Below, one piece after another: positions 42,118 to 58,728 of a stretch of 64,000 bases of DNA. Below the pieces are notes generated by a model. It saw only the letters and a list, made by a program, of their open reading frames with translations. It did no database searches and had not been told where the DNA came from. The position numbers were made by a program, and so were the translations under genes. Source of the DNA: the human T2T-CHM13v2.0 reference genome, Homo sapiens; assembly GCF_009914755.1 (NCBI RefSeq), contig NC_060930.1; one strand, given 5' to 3'. Every line of letters begins with the position of its first letter. Within the stretch, counting starts at the first letter, position 1.

Positions 42118-42620
42118 TAGTGGTTCTCCAAGGTCTTGGAATCAAGACCTCTTTACATATTTAACATTTATTGAGGATCCCCAAAGACCTTTTGCTTATG
42201 TGGGTTCTATCTGTGAATATTTTTCATATTAAAAATTGAGACAGATTTTTAAAAATACACTTATTTTAAAATAACAACAATAAACCTTTTCGTGTTGATA
42301 TAAATAACAGATTTATATGAAAAATAACTATGACTTTTCAGAACAAGAAGCATGTGGGAAGAATAGCATTGCTTCATGTTTTTGCAAATCTCTTTACTGT
42401 CTGGCTTAATAGAAGCCAGCTGGATTCTCGTATCTGTTTCTGAGTTTCATCTGTTGTGAGTCATGTAGCCTATGGGAAATTCCCCTGGACATTTTTGAGG
42501 GAGTAAGAATTTAAAAAGCAAATAATGTCTTAATGTTATTATTATTACCAAAATAATTTTGACTTCACAGAACCTTTGGTTTCTTAGGGTTTCCCCAGGC
42601 ACACTTTGAGAACAGCTGAT
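42118..42620. mobile_element. hAT-Charlie-like DNA transposon
   Basis: AGTGGTTCTC...CACACTTTGAGAACAGCTG inverted termini. Confidence 0.6.
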
Positions 42621-43410
42621 AAAAAGCCACACTGTGTTAAGCACTAGAGATTATATCCCCTAGTCTTCTGAAACCTGGGGGATTCATTTATTTTGACTAA
42701 ATCCCCAATATTAGGCAACTCTCTCTTCAAACACTTTAAGATGTTAATTACTATTTGCATTCATCTCCCTTTGATAACAGGTCCCTGTGTGAATTTAAAT
42801 ACCTTAAAAACAACCATCTCCTAAATATACCTCCCCTGGGGTTTTGTGTTTGTTCTTTTCTCTTCCAAACACCTAAGAAAACTTTCCTCTTGCTTGCCAG
42901 TGAGGGATGATGGTGATTCTCTTAGCTCACGCTGAGTGCTTATGGGTGCCTGGCCCTGGGCTGAGTCCTTGATGTGCAAAGGGCCTTACAAGAGGTTAGT
43001 AAGCCTCATTCAAGGTCAAACAGGTATCCCTTGTCTGTCCTTATCTTATGTTTTCATGTCAGTGATGGCGTATGTGTTTTGTTAAAGAAATGAAAAGAAT
43101 ATCCCTCAGACTGGATTATTTCAGCCCCTAGCTTAGAACTACAAGGTGCTAGGGATTCAGTGCTTTGATGGTGCCCATGAAATACCTCTGCATATGTTGT
43201 GGGTCTGTGGTACTGACAGAGAGAATGCATAAAATGGAATCAGATGAACATGTTAATCTCTTACGTTAATATCCTGGGGTGTTGGTGTCTATAATTAAGT
43301 AATATAATGGTCTGTGAAATAACTCTGATATGCAGATGTATCTAGATGTATGTTCTTGTTTTTAAATTGTCTAATGTGAATATAATAAGAGATGGACCAA
43401 TTTCTTCCAG

Positions 43411-43435
43411 GTTCAATTCAACTCAGACTTCATAA
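43411..43435 (+). CDS. SYCP2L: SYCP2L last coding segment FNSTQTS* (exon continues as UTR to 43472)
   Basis: tttcttccag acceptor, TAA at 43433-43435, CAG|gtaggt donor at 43472/43473. Confidence 0.9.
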
Positions 43436-43566
43436 GAAAGCCAAAGCCTGGTTTTATGATTGCAGCCCTCAGGTAGGTGCAAAGATTTGCATTGTTCAGT
43501 GGATGTGAATCGGGGTCAGGGCAGGGAGCAAGCTCTAAAAGATACTGTAATGCTTTGTTCATATGA

Positions 43567-43885
<319 letters not shown>

Positions 43886-44013
43886 AGAGCTTCTCCTTTA
43901 TAGCAATTTCTCCCATTTTAGAAATTATCCTTTTGGGTCTGGGTCATTCCTTCAGTAAGTGTTTATAACTGAATGCTTACCCTGCATCAATCACTATGAT
44001 GGACATAGAGATA

Positions 44014-44274
44014 CAGGTTGAGTATCCCTCATCCAAAATGCATGAGACCAGAAGTGTTTCAGATTTCAGATGTTTTTGGATTCTGGAATATTTGCAGAAT
44101 ATGCACTGGTTGAGCATCCTTAATCTAAAAATCTGAAATTCACAATGCTCCAGTGAACATTTCTTTGACATTGACATTTTAAAAATTTTGGATTAAATTA
44201 AAAATTTAAAATTTAAATTTTAAAAATTTAAAAAATTTGGATATCAGATTTTCAGATTAGGTATGTTCAGCCTG
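44014..44274. mobile_element. Tigger4/MER46-type element
   Basis: TA|CAGGTTGAGTATCCCT...AGGTATGTTCAGCCTG inverted termini. Confidence 0.75.
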
Positions 44275-45375
44275 TTCAGTGGTTAATACACAAACGTGTT
44301 TAATGGAGGCAACCCATTAAAAGATACATTTTTTGAAGGAAGATAGAAAAATGGCAAGTAAACAAAACAATGACAACAAGTGCTTTGAGAGATATCAACA
44401 AGGTGCTTTGGCAGAGAGCAGTGGTATGAAGTGTCAGCTTAAGACACTTCAAGGTCTCTCTGAGGAAATGACATTTAAGATGAGGTTTCAAGAATAAGAA
44501 GAAACTAGACTTGTGGTTTAAAGTAACAGGGTCAGGTATGGTCATCTTTGAGAAACAGTGAGTAAGGGAAGCAGTTATTTGAAGTGAATTGGGAGGATGG
44601 TAGACTCTCAACGAGGTAAGACTTCATTGTCCATGTTGAGGAGTTTGAATTTTATACTAAGGGTTAGAGAAAATATATGTGGTTTTTGGTGAAGCCATTG
44701 ATTATCCTAATCTAGGAATAGATTAGGATAATATAATCTGATTTATATTTTAAGAAAATTACTCTAGATGCTATGTTAAGAATTGATGGGAGGAATGAAG
44801 ACTGGATGAGGAGAGTCCAACCAGAAGGCGTTTGGTGTCCAAGATGGTGGTTCTAAGCAGGAGGATAGCAGTGGAGGTGGTGAGAAATAGATTTCAGATA
44901 TATTTTGGAGCTGGAGTTAATAAATTGCTGATAGCTGCAAGCAGTAGGTAAAGGAAGAAGAATGAAGTCAGTCTTCTAGGTTTTTGTCTTTTGCAGTGAG
45001 ATGGATGGTGTTGCCAGTTAGATAAGGAAGACTCAGGGTGGGAAGAATATGTGGGTCAAACAGGAACTACAGTTTATTTAACATTTTAACTGGCAGATGT
45101 CTGTGCACATCCAAGTCTTGACAGGAACCTGGAGTAACTGGGCAATTTTCCAGGAAAATACAGTTTAACAAAATGGACTTCTAAATAGATGGGAAACCTT
45201 AGCAGACAAATCTTCATAGAAGAGAGAGACAAAGTTGTCAGAGAAGTACCCTACAAATATGTGTATGATCCAGATTACATTACAGAGGAATTCTACTAGT
45301 TTTTTAAAAGAAGGATAATGTCAGTGCTGCTCAAACCATTCTAGCACATAGAAGATTAAACATTTCCTAATTTTA

Positions 45376-45859
<484 letters not shown>

Positions 45860-47090
45860 TTATTCCAGGAATGCAAAGATGGTTCGATATTAGGGAATCT
45901 ACTAATACATTAATTACCAGTAGATCTAGGGAGAAAAATCATTATGATTATCTTTATTTCCAAAAGCATTTGAAAATTCTACATCTGTTTTTGAATTTGC
46001 ATAAAACCTAATAAAATAGTAGTGATTAGTTACTCTGTAGTATGATAAATCTCAGTCCAAAAGCCAGTATTCTCCTTAATCGTGAAATTCTAAATGCATT
46101 ATCACTAAAATCAGGACCAATGGATGGGAGATGGAATAACATAAAGGCGTCCATTCTGCCTAAATTAGTAAAATAATTTTTATTCCCCAAAGCCCCAGCA
46201 GGGTTATTTTTTGAAACTTGACCAGCTGATTCTAATGTGTAAGGACAAGGACAGGGGAAAAAGTAGATTGAACATGATTGAAAAACAAATTAGAAAAAAG
46301 AGTACTGGTACAAGTCCAAAGCAATTAGAAGGGAGTTAATAATGAGTTTCAAATCTGAAATAAACAAAATGGAAACCATAGGAGGAGGAGTAAAACCAAA
46401 CCTGGTTCTTTAGAAAGACTAGTTGCAGTAAACAAACTTCCACTTCAGACTGATCAAGAAAATAAAATGATAGGGAAGGCACAATGAAATTTTGAATGAA
46501 ATGTAGAAATAACCAATTCATAGAGGCCTTAAAAAGCATAAGAATATATTAGAAACAGCAATATGTCAATAAGTGTGAAAACTTAGATGAAATGAACAAT
46601 TTTCTAGATGAATATGATTGAAATGTAGAAATAACCAATGTAGAAATAACCAATTCATAGAGGTCTTAAAAAGCATAAGAAGATATTAGAAACAGCAATA
46701 TGTCAATAAATTTGAAAACTTAGATGAAATGAACAATTTCCTAGATGAATATGTATTACCTAGAATCATAATTAAAGAAATTAAATTGGTAGTATAAAAA
46801 GCCCATCCTTAATTTATAAAAAATACATCAGGTCCTGATATTTTTAATATAAGTTTTATCAAATTTATAAGGAATAAGTAATCCATAAACAAATGATTCC
46901 AAGGAAAAAGGGAAAAAAAGAAAGCTTCCCGGTTTATTTTAGGAAGTTTCTATAACTTTGATACCAAAACAGGACAAGGACAATCCTGAGAAGAAAATTA
47001 TAGATCAGTCTCAAATGAACATAAATACAAAAATGCTAAAAATTTAGCAAATATACTCCACCAGTATTAGTTATGTGTATGGGGTAGAGG

Positions 47091-47092
<2 letters not shown>

Positions 47093-47138
<46 letters not shown>
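47093..47138. repeat. (GT)n microsatellite
   Basis: about 23 perfect GT units. Confidence 0.95.
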
Positions 47139-47140
<2 letters not shown>

Positions 47141-48930
47141 TGAGGAGAAAAAAAGAAAAACCATTAGAAGTAGATGGATATCATACATGCAAGGATGGTT
47201 TAACATTTAAGAATCTATTAATTTATTTTTACCTGATCAATAGAATAACCACATACTTATTCTAGTAAATTCAGAAAACACATTTGATAAAAATTCAGCA
47301 CCCATTCATGAGTAAAATCCAACCAAGAAACAATAAGACTCTTAGAAAACTAGGGATAGAATGTCTGCAGCAATACTAAACTTAATGGCAAAACATTTAA
47401 AATCATTAACAATAATTTCGGTTCTTTCTTCCTAGTTAGCATAGTGCTGATTCTAGTAACTTCTGGTGGGCCTTAAGTGCCCTTTTGAGGTTTGTAATGA
47501 GCTTTCTTGCATGATTTTTCTCCAGCAAAATTCTGCTCAGATTCAGGTGTAAAGAAAGTAGAGAGAAGGCTTCATCTAGGGGAGTGGTTTTGCCAGAATC
47601 CAGAGGCAATCTCAGTCCAAGAAACTGAGGGTGTTTGCTCAGGAGTTGTTAGAGTGATGCACTTTGTCTGACAGGGAAAGAGAAATAGAAGCCAGTTCCT
47701 TCGATGGACCAGTTATAAAGTAATGGGTTCAATGGATGGGCATTTCCAGTGGATAAAATTGTCCAGGTAAGCAAGGAGAAGAAGTGATGGTGAAAGGCCA
47801 GGAAGATGTGGTCAGAATGTGGGATGTTGAGAATCAAGACATCTGTGATGATAACAGGTTGGGGTGCACATAGCTGTGGTGGCACTGAAGAAACTGCTAG
47901 AGGAGGGAAGGAGTTGAAGAACCAAGAAGCCAGAGCTTGAAAACGGATGCTTCATGACAGTGTTGTAATTACTGCTAAGCTGATAGGAACCAGGGCCCAG
48001 TGGACAAAGGGGCCAGGAGGTTGATAGTAGAATGCAGATGGTTGACATAAACATCAGCAGGGAGGTTTCTGTGAGAGTCGAGAGTCATGCCTGCATGTGG
48101 CAGTGGGGAGCAAGGAGAATGCTACCCCTCTGCCTGGCCAGGAAGTCATGGGATATCAGAGGAAAAAAAGCTTTTAGTTGAGTCAGGGTGTCAGGGGAGG
48201 TGGTACCTTCAGAAACCAGCCATGTTTTAAAGAGGAAAGGAAATATTTTCTTCCAGAAGAGGCTGAGGATATTTGTTTGCTGCTGACAGATTGAATTGTA
48301 GGGGCAGGAGAGGAAGACCTCAGGGAGTGGGGAAGGCAGGGAAGAGCAGTAGGTAGACTGGGGTCCAGGAGGAGATGTACGCACAGCATCAGGTGAGGGT
48401 GTGGGGGATGATGACTGTCTTTCAGCAGCTACTAAAGCAAGGGGATTTGAGACCAATGGAGCTGACTTTTCGAAGCTTTTTGAAGGAGGGAGCTTATAGT
48501 TATCTCTGAGAGCCCTGTGTTCTGCTGAATGGTCCATCAGCTGATGGTGTTACCACTTCGTGAGTTTTCTGGCAGAGTCATGGAGGATCACAGAGTACAT
48601 AAGTATGGAATGTGTGAGACAACCACCAACTATTCTCTTCTTAGATGCAGTCTCTTGAAGGACAGCAACCCTCCCACTCAGTTGGATTCTTTGAATATTA
48701 TTTTGTTCATTCTCACAGCATTTAATAATAGGGCTTTTTATACAGATATCCACTTGGGGATTTTCTTCAATTTAGAGGTCTAAAGTAGATTTTGTAAGCA
48801 GACCATCTCCAAGTATATTTTTATAAGGATGTAATTCTATTTACCTTGAAGAGTATAGTAGTTATTTTTGCAAAACATGTATTTAGTTTAATTTTAACTT
48901 GAGAGTAAACTGAGTAGGTGATTTTTTTAA

Positions 48931-49305
<375 letters not shown>

Positions 49306-50587
49306 GGAAATTATCTTAAAGATGAAATTGGACATGTGCAAAGATACGTGCAATAATATATATTACAAACTTGATCATAATAGGGAGATAATGGAAAGTG
49401 CCTAGATGCCCAGCTAAATACAGTCATATGATATGCCATGTAGCCACTACAAAGAAAGATTTACATGATATTAATTGACTTGAGAAGATGTTTAACAGTA
49501 AGTGAAAAGTCGCAAAGTAGCATATATAACATGATCCCACCTGTATGAAATGTTATATGAGTATGTGCCTGCTCATTACTCAGTAAACAGCTAAGTCTTT
49601 TAGGTGCCAGGGACTGTCTTAGATGCTGGGGTAGAATGATACCCACAGGATCCCTGACCTCATGGTGTACATTCTATAGGATTGAGTGTGGTAATAAAGG
49701 AAACAGATGAGGATTCATGCCAGTGCTAAGAAGGAAAACACTGTGGATAAGAGAGAGACTCACAGCGTGGAAGGAGGAAACCAAGTGAAACCTCTCTAAG
49801 GATATGACATTTGAGCTGAAGTCTGAAGGTCGAGATGGAGCCAGCAGCAGGGAAGACTGAGGAAGCCCATTTCAGAGGGAATGGCCCAGGCAGATGCTCT
49901 GAGATTAAGTATATTAATATACTTAGTATATTCTAAGAATTTAGGGAAGGCCCCAATAGAAGGAGCAAGGGTAGAGTACATAAGATGAAGTCAGGAAGGG
50001 TGTGGGTGTGGATGGTGGGGGTGACCCAGGACCTTACAGGCCGTGGTAAGGAGTTTGGATTTTATTCCAATTGCAATGAATGGGTAGTAGTCAAAGGACT
50101 ATTTTCGAAGGCATGTATGTTTCAGGGTGGGGAATTGGATGATATGGGCAGTAGAGAAGGATCTGGAAGGATTGCTGATGGCTTGGATGTGACAGGTGGG
50201 AAAAGGCAGGATCAAGGGCAGCTTCTAGGTTTGGGGCTTAAGCAGCTGGGTGCAAACCACTGTCACTTAAGGAGGTGGAGGAGATTGGGAAAGGTCCAGT
50301 TGATTGGCCGGGGAAGGATGAGGATGGATATGAAAGGTGAGATTCAGGACATGCATTCCATATGTGATTTCAGCATCTGAATGGCATTGTCATGTAGGTA
50401 ACTGGATATCTGAGACTGAAGCTCATGGCTGGGGGCTGGACATAGACTGGATAAGTTGACCTAGGGACTCAGTATAGAGAGGAAGCCCAGGACAACATTC
50501 TTGGGCTACTCCAGTGTGTTGAAGTCAGGTAGGGGAGATGAAGCCAGCAAGAGGATGAGAAGGAGTGACTAATGAGATAATCGGGCC

Positions 50588-50622
50588 ATCACCCCCAGGC
50601 CTTTTGGCTAAGATCAAGTGTG
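50588..50622 (+). pseudogene. 3'-truncated U2 snRNA retropseudogene (nt 1-35)
   Basis: ATCACCCCCAGGCCTTTTGGCTAAGATCAAGTGT vs U2 ATCGCTTCTCGGCCTTTTGGCTAAGATCAAGTGT; flanking repeats GAGATAATCGGGC / GAGATAACTGGGC. Confidence 0.88.
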
Positions 50623-50828
50623 GAGATAACTGGGCTGGGGGAAGGCGGTTACCGAGGATCAGAGTTTGCATGTATTTATGTACTTGCCTGTGAAGTAAGA
50701 GGTCTAGATTCTAAATGGATGTTCTAGAAATGTCAGCTGGGTTTATTTCTGTGTGGTGATATTTAAAGTAAATTTAATTTCTATCTTAGGCCATTCTGTG
50801 CTTTTACAACTTACTGAAAGATAGGGGG

Positions 50829-51206
<378 letters not shown>

Positions 51207-51321
51207 TTATCCATGATCCAGAGACAACCACCTCTTGATAGTTGGGAGTATATTCTTCCAAAGATTATTGTGATGCTTACACAAGAATATATATAAATAT
51301 TTACACATGTATACTTATATA

Positions 51322-51639
<318 letters not shown>

Positions 51640-52029
51640 TAATTGATTAATTGATATACTAAATATATATTATTAGTTCACTCAGCAATAAAAATAGGAC
51701 TCGCCTCTTAGCAATACAAGATCTTATTTTTTAATAACTGCAAAATAGTTTATAAACATGCTATAACTTATATATTTTTCCCTATAATGGACATCCAGGT
51801 TATTTTTAATTATTATTCAAAAATTTGTAGTGAATATCTTTGTACACATACCTTGAATTACATTATTGAGGAAAAAAATACTGTTTTCTTTTGAGGAAAT
51901 AGCAATAACAACAAATCTCCAAATCAAAATAAGACTAAAAGAGGATATTAAAAAAAGACTAATCTGGGCTAAGAATATTGGAATAATTCCCAGCTCCAAT
52001 AGAGAATTGGATTAAATGTGAACTAAATG

Positions 52030-52720
52030 TGCATGTTACATTTGGTCACAAGTAACAGAAATTGGACTCTGGCGGCTAAACCAAATAGGGCTTTTACTTT
52101 TTTCCCTGTGAAGAGCAGCAGCGTAGTCCAGGGCTGGTGGTACAGCAGCTTTAAGTAGTCATTAGGGACCTGGGTTCTTTGAGCTTTTTGCTTTACCGTT
52201 CTTTTTGTGACTTGGGAATTTTATAATCACAGCATGGCTGTTGTACCTCTAGGTATCTTTTCTACACCCCAGGCAGGAAGAAGGAGTTGAGTAAAACTAA
52301 AAGGTAAAAGATGTATGCCAACATCCTCCCCTCTTTCGCTTTTTATTTATTTAGTCTATTTTGAGATGAGGCCTTGCTGTGTTGCCCAGGCTGGTCTTGA
52401 ACTCCTGGGCTCAACTTATCCTCCTGTCTCAGCCTCCCAAAATGCTGAGATTATAGGCGTCTGCCACCATGCCCAGCTTCCTCCCCACTTTTTAAAATCA
52501 GGGAAACAGTTTTCCTGGAAGCCCAAGCTGATAGATTTTGTCTGCATCATAGTGGCCAGAACTAGGTCACATGGCTCACCCTAGTTGCAAGGGAATCCGG
52601 AGAGGTGAAAATTTGACTGAGTGTGTCACAGCACTCCCCAAAAGTGGGGGCTTCTGTTAATAAGGAAACAGGGGAGAATAGGTGTTAGATAGGTAACTAG
52701 TCATGTCTGTCATGCCTGAA
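52030..52720. mobile_element. Old MLT1-type LTR interrupted by an Alu monomer
   Basis: motif GGCCAGAACTAGGTCACATGGC...CCCTAGTTGCAAGGGA. Confidence 0.55.
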
Positions 52721-52901
52721 TTAAATTACACATGCTGCACACAGAAAAAAATGGAGAAATAACTTATATCGCTCAGGTGATTCTGCCATTCTTCTCAGTA
52801 GGCATGTGCCCTGGAGTTTGGGTGGGATGGGAGAATCTGTTCCCTCAGTTGATATCAGCTCCTACCAACCTCTTATTTATGAGCATCTAATTGGGCTGAT
52901 A

Positions 52902-53202
52902 GGTGGGGCATGGTGGCTCACGCCTGTAATCCCAGCACTTTAGGAAGCCGAGGTGGGCGGATCACCTGAGGTGAGGAGTTTGAGACCAGCCTGGCCAATG
53001 TGGCGAAACCCCGTCTCTACTAAAAATACGAAAATTAGCTGGGCATGATGTTGCACGCCTGTAATTCCAGCTACTCAGGAAACTGAGGCAGGAGAATCAC
53101 TTGAACCAGGAAGCAGAGGTTGCAGTAAGCCAAGATTGTGCCACTGCACTCCAGCCTTGCGACAGAGTGAGACTCCATCTCAAAATAATAATAATAATAA
53201 TA
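52902..53202 (+). mobile_element. AluS-like with (AAT)n tail
   Basis: Alu consensus. Confidence 0.9.
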
Positions 53203-53602
53203 GGTCTGATTGCCAATCTGGCTATTAACAACATGTAGTTTTCCTAGTGTGGCCCCTAAAGCCAGGCCACCCACTTCATCTGGTGCTATAACAGAGAAAG
53301 AGCTGTCTTATCTCCAACATCCAACAAAATCACCTGTTAGGTTAAACTATCGAGAGATGGCAGGTACATCTTCAGAGTGGCATGTGTTGAAGAGATTTCT
53401 GAGGATAACCAGGCAGTTTCTGCCGAGGACACTGACATGAGCTTTTGACAACCATGTAAGATGCTTCACTGAATACCTGAGTTAGTGAGATGTAGCGGAT
53501 AAAAAGGAATGATGCTCCTATTGGCTCACAGGGTTCTTAGGGACTAAGAGGAGGACAGTTCGGCCTTGACTAATTACTGCTCTCCTTTTCCTTTTCTGCC
53601 AG

Positions 53603-53960
53603 CCTGGGCTGCCTGAAGACGAAGAGAAAGAGCAAGGTTATTGTTGGCTCAGGCCTTGTTAGCCAGACTTCGTGCTCTGTACGCATTCAATTTCCTCCCC
53701 TCCAAACATCATCCCTGGGAACTGCTGAGTTCAGATAGAATATATGTTGGTAGTTTGCAGTTGGGTTATTATCCATTTGTTCATAAAAATTAACCTTTTG
53801 TATTAAAATTTGGTCAGATAGTATTAATAGAAAGTTCAGGATGTTAAACAACTTGGAGTGGTGTTGCTTTTTTTTTTATAAAAGTAAAATGGACTTTTTT
53901 TTGTTTGAGAAATGTCTTCAAGTTTTGTGTGAATAAAACACTTTAGCAGCATCTGTATAA
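53603..53960 (+). other. SYCP2L: SYCP2L terminal non-coding exon (3'UTR); 3' end approximate
   Basis: strong acceptor ctccttttccttttctgccag; AATAAA at 53932-53937; repeat-free. Confidence 0.75.
53932..53937 (+). terminator. SYCP2L polyadenylation signal AATAAA
   Basis: canonical hexamer at end of terminal exon. Confidence 0.7.
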
Positions 53961-54061
53961 ATACAATTGGATGTGTCTCTTGGAAGGAGAAATTTGAGTT
54001 GAAGATGATGAAGGTAGCTCAGGTAAAAATGGTGGCTTTACATTTGTTTTAATTGATTAAT

Positions 54062-54350
54062 TAATTTTTTTGAGACAGAGTCTCACTGTGTCACCCAGGC
54101 TGGAGTGCAGTGGCACGATCTCAGCTCACTGCAATGTCCGCCTCCCAAGTTCAAGCGATTCTCTGCCTCAGCCTCCCAAGTAGCTGGGATTATAGGCGTG
54201 TGCCACCACGGCTAGCTAATTTTTATATTTTTAGTAGAGACAGGGTTTCACCATCTTGGCCAGGCCGATCTTGAACTCTGGGCCTCGTGATCCACGCACC
54301 TTGGCCTGCTGAAGTGCTGGGATTACTGACATGAGCCACCGTGCCCAGCC
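54062..54350 (-). mobile_element. Alu
   Basis: Alu consensus. Confidence 0.9.
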
Positions 54351-54745
54351 TGTGATATGTTTTGAAAATAAACTTATTAGGAGGTCTCATTTGATCTGCA
54401 AATATTCTCATTTCTCCAGCACTTCAACAAAAGTGTCACCTTTAGCAGGGGAGAAATATTCATCATGTTGTTATTAATTACTAGATGCTCTAGTGAAGTT
54501 TGAGTGGATGAAATTGCACATACAGGTAAGCATTTGAATTTATTTTGGAAAAATGGAGCCTACATCATTTAAGGCCATCTACAAAGTACCTTTGTTCATG
54601 ACTGGATAAGTGAAGTGAAAGACTGCAGACTGAATACTTTATTCACTATATAATAAAACTTAGTTACATTATGTAGGTTATTAATTTATAGTTTAATTTG
54701 TCTAAAACAACGTTTATAATTCCTATTTTGCCATCTTCTATATAA

Positions 54746-55040
<295 letters not shown>

Positions 55041-56779
55041 AAGAGCACTTATTTTTTAAGTCCAAAAAACATGAATGAGGTTAACTAACTTCATTTCGTT
55101 TAGGTATATCCAGTTCAGGGCTCACAGTTTCTCATGACCTGAGAGTGTATGGATTTCAGTGCCATTACATGGACTGTCTTCATTGAAGTACGTCTGAAGA
55201 ATTTATATGACTTCCAGTACCTAGTGAGCATATATTTGAGCACTGTTCTCTACAAACCCTTGAGTAAGCTGATGTGGCAGATGTTAGGATGGATACGACG
55301 CTATCTTAGCTGCAAAGAACTTAGTCTAGAGAGGACAGTAAGACACCCAGGTCACTGTAAATCAAGGCTCTATGTGACAAGTGCCAAAATGAAGTGTAAA
55401 GTGATCACCATCGGGATTATGAGGAGGTAGAAGTCATTTTTGTTGGGGTGGCAGGATGGCTTCCTGGAGGAGAGGTATCACTTGAAATAGATCTTGAAGG
55501 ATGAAGGAGTTTTTTTCTAGGATTAGGAAAGAGATGCTTTCATGAATATAAGAACAGAGAAGAAAAATGCAGAATTTGTTTGAGGCCATAATACTATGGA
55601 GTATTAGTGGGAATTAAATTTAGCTAGGCCCAACCTAAAATGTCTTTACCAGCTTGATTAGAAGGACTTTATTCTGTAGGTGAGAAGAAGCCACTGAAGA
55701 CATCAGGAGCACAGTGGTTTTGGAAGATTAATCTGGTAGCAATATGAAGGCTGCATTCAGTACACTGTGGGAGGTTACTGTTACAATAAACGCCTCAACT
55801 AAAATAGGACTGGGAATGAAAAAGAGGGGACAGAGATGAGAGGCTATGGTAGGTGTAAGATTTAAAGAGCTAATTTTGAGGATGGGTTGATGGAAGTTGC
55901 AAAAACCATGAGCTTGAGATATTGGGGACATCTCTTTGGAAATACTAGAGAGGCTCTACTGCACATTGTCTTCTTCAGCGAATCCTTATAGCACTTCCTG
56001 TGTGCCATGTGCTGTGCTGGGTGCCAAGGATTCAATGTGATTTTGCCCCTGCCTGCAAGGAGTGGCAGTCTAATGGGGAGACAGACATCAGTCCAACACT
56101 TAGACAGAGAAACAGGAAAACAGCCTGGGGAGTGCTGTGCCAGGTGGTGTGTGAGCTCCCCTGGCCTGAAAAGGCAGGGCGGGGTGGCAGGATGCAGGAA
56201 TCGATGTGCTTTTCCAGGCAACACGGAGAGAAGGCTGGACCAGGAGGCATCCTGGAGATGCTGACATCCAGCCCTCGGGGAAGAAGAGCAGCGTCAGCTT
56301 CCTCACCCTGACCTTGGGGACTGAGCCAGCCTTTGGGCCCATTCCCAGCCCTACACTCAGGCTCCCTTCCTTTTTGACTCACTCGTAGCCGGGAACAGCC
56401 CTGTAGCTACCCCAGCAGACTCTGTTGCCATCTGTGGCCTCAGCCTCATTTGTCATTTTAGGTGTTCCTCTGTGCTCTGACCTTCCATCCTCCGAGCAGC
56501 TCCCCTGAGGATTTGCTTTGCCCTCAGGCAGCAGATGAACTCCTGGCTTTTGCACTTGGAACCTCAGCCAACCAGGCCTGCGTGAACCAACCTCCCCTCT
56601 TGACTCCTTCCCCAACCTTCTTCCTGTGACAGAGACCGAGGCCAGTTTTTTTGCAGGGTTCAGGGCTCTAGTAGACTGCTTTCAGGGGGATTTGCTAGAG
56701 GCCATAGATGACTATAGGGAAGGGTCTTCTTTCCTGTATCGTATTAAGTTTTTATTGAACTCTATGGTTTTAAGAACTT

Positions 56780-57430
56780 TTTAAATTTTAGATTCGGGGG
56801 TGTATGTGTAGGTTTGTTAAAGGGTATATTGTGTGATGCTGAGGTTTAGGCTTCTGTTGACCCTGTCACCCAGATAGTGAGCATAGTACCCAATAGGAAG
56901 GTTTTCAATTCCCCCACCCCTGCCTTTTGGAGTCCCCAGTGTCAATTGTTCCCCTTTTATGTCCATGTGCACTCAAGGTTTAGCTCCCACATATAAGTGA
57001 GAACATGCGGTATTTGGTTTTCTGCCCCTGCATTAATTTGCTTAGGATAATGGCCTCCAGCTGCTTCCATGTCACTGCAAAGGATATGATTTCATTCTTT
57101 TTTATGGCTGTGTAGTATTCCATGGTGTATATATACCACATTTTCTTTATCCAATCCACTGTTGATGGGCACCTGGGTTGATTCTGTGTCTTTGCTATTG
57201 TGGATAGTGCTGGATAAACATACAAATGCAGGTATCTTTTTGGTAGAACAATTTATTTTCCTTTGGGTAGATGATACCCAGTAGTGGGATTGCTGGGTTG
57301 AATGGTAATTCAGGTTTTCGTTCTTTGAGAAATCTCCAAACTGCTCTCCACAGGGGCTGAACTCATTTACATTCCCACCAACAGGGTATACGCATTCCCT
57401 TTTCTCTGCAGTCTCGCCAGCATGTTGTTG
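56780..57430 (-). mobile_element. L1PA15/16- or L1PB-like 3' fragment
   Basis: ORF 56980..57225 is L1 ORF2 C-terminus (DWIKKMWYIYTMEYY). Confidence 0.88.
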
Positions 57431-57873
57431 TGGGCATTTTTCCCTGTGGTGACAAAGGCACCTGAAGCATCCCCTGCCCCAGCCCCATGAGCTGAGCAAG
57501 GGGCCGGCTTCTTTCTTACTGCTTCCTCCTCCTCCATCTCAGCTGCAGTCACTCAGATGCTCCTGAAAGTATTCAACACATACACCCCTTAGCTCTTCCT
57601 CCCTTTCAGCAACTACTGTAACTGTTCCTTCACATCCCTAGTTCTTCAGAAGGATTTTCATGTGGCTTGCTTCATCATTGTTTTTCTTCGACTTCCCATT
57701 CATTCTAAAGCCCCCTGTAATCTGCCAACTGCCTCCCAAGGGCCAAATTCAGTGCCTTCCCCCCCCACGCCTTCACTAGTTGCTCACCTTGCTGCCTTGC
57801 AGCGTTTTTCTCTGTTTAAATATTCTCTTTTTCCTTGGCTTCTGGGACACCACTTTCTTTGAAGTCTATTTGA

Positions 57874-58286
<413 letters not shown>

Positions 58287-58728
58287 CAATACTTATTTTA
58301 TAGCTAAATGTTTATCTACTTTATTAGACTATGAACTCTGAGGACAGATATTTCATCTAGATCATTCTATATCCCTAACACGATACGTAGTGCTGGACAA
58401 GATTTGATGAATTTTTAGACTGAATATAACTATTTCCAGAGTTTATCAAACTCCACAGGTCTAAACTAGCTTGAAAAGAATAGGAGCTGGTTCTACATGA
58501 GCTGTCTTACGTACAGTGCTTCAGTCTCAGAGAAATCTGCAACATCTATCATTTGTTTCTAGGGCCACTGCCGGTAAGTCTGTGTTCATCTCCCTGTAAG
58601 TATATCATATGGGCCCAGGCGAAACTCTATATAGACTTTCTCCTTTTGTTGTTCAATGTATAGGCATCACAAATTCAAATGCCTTCAGGGGCCAGCCAGG
58701 TTAATAGGCTGAATAAAAAGGATGAATG

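Noticed and set aside
48085-48537. 150-aa - strand ORF
   Set aside because: Low-complexity product in decayed LINE-like sequence with no splice or homology support
55862-56615. Cluster of overlapping ORFs in the intergenic region
   Set aside because: Explained by locally higher GC content; no recognisable protein or exon structure
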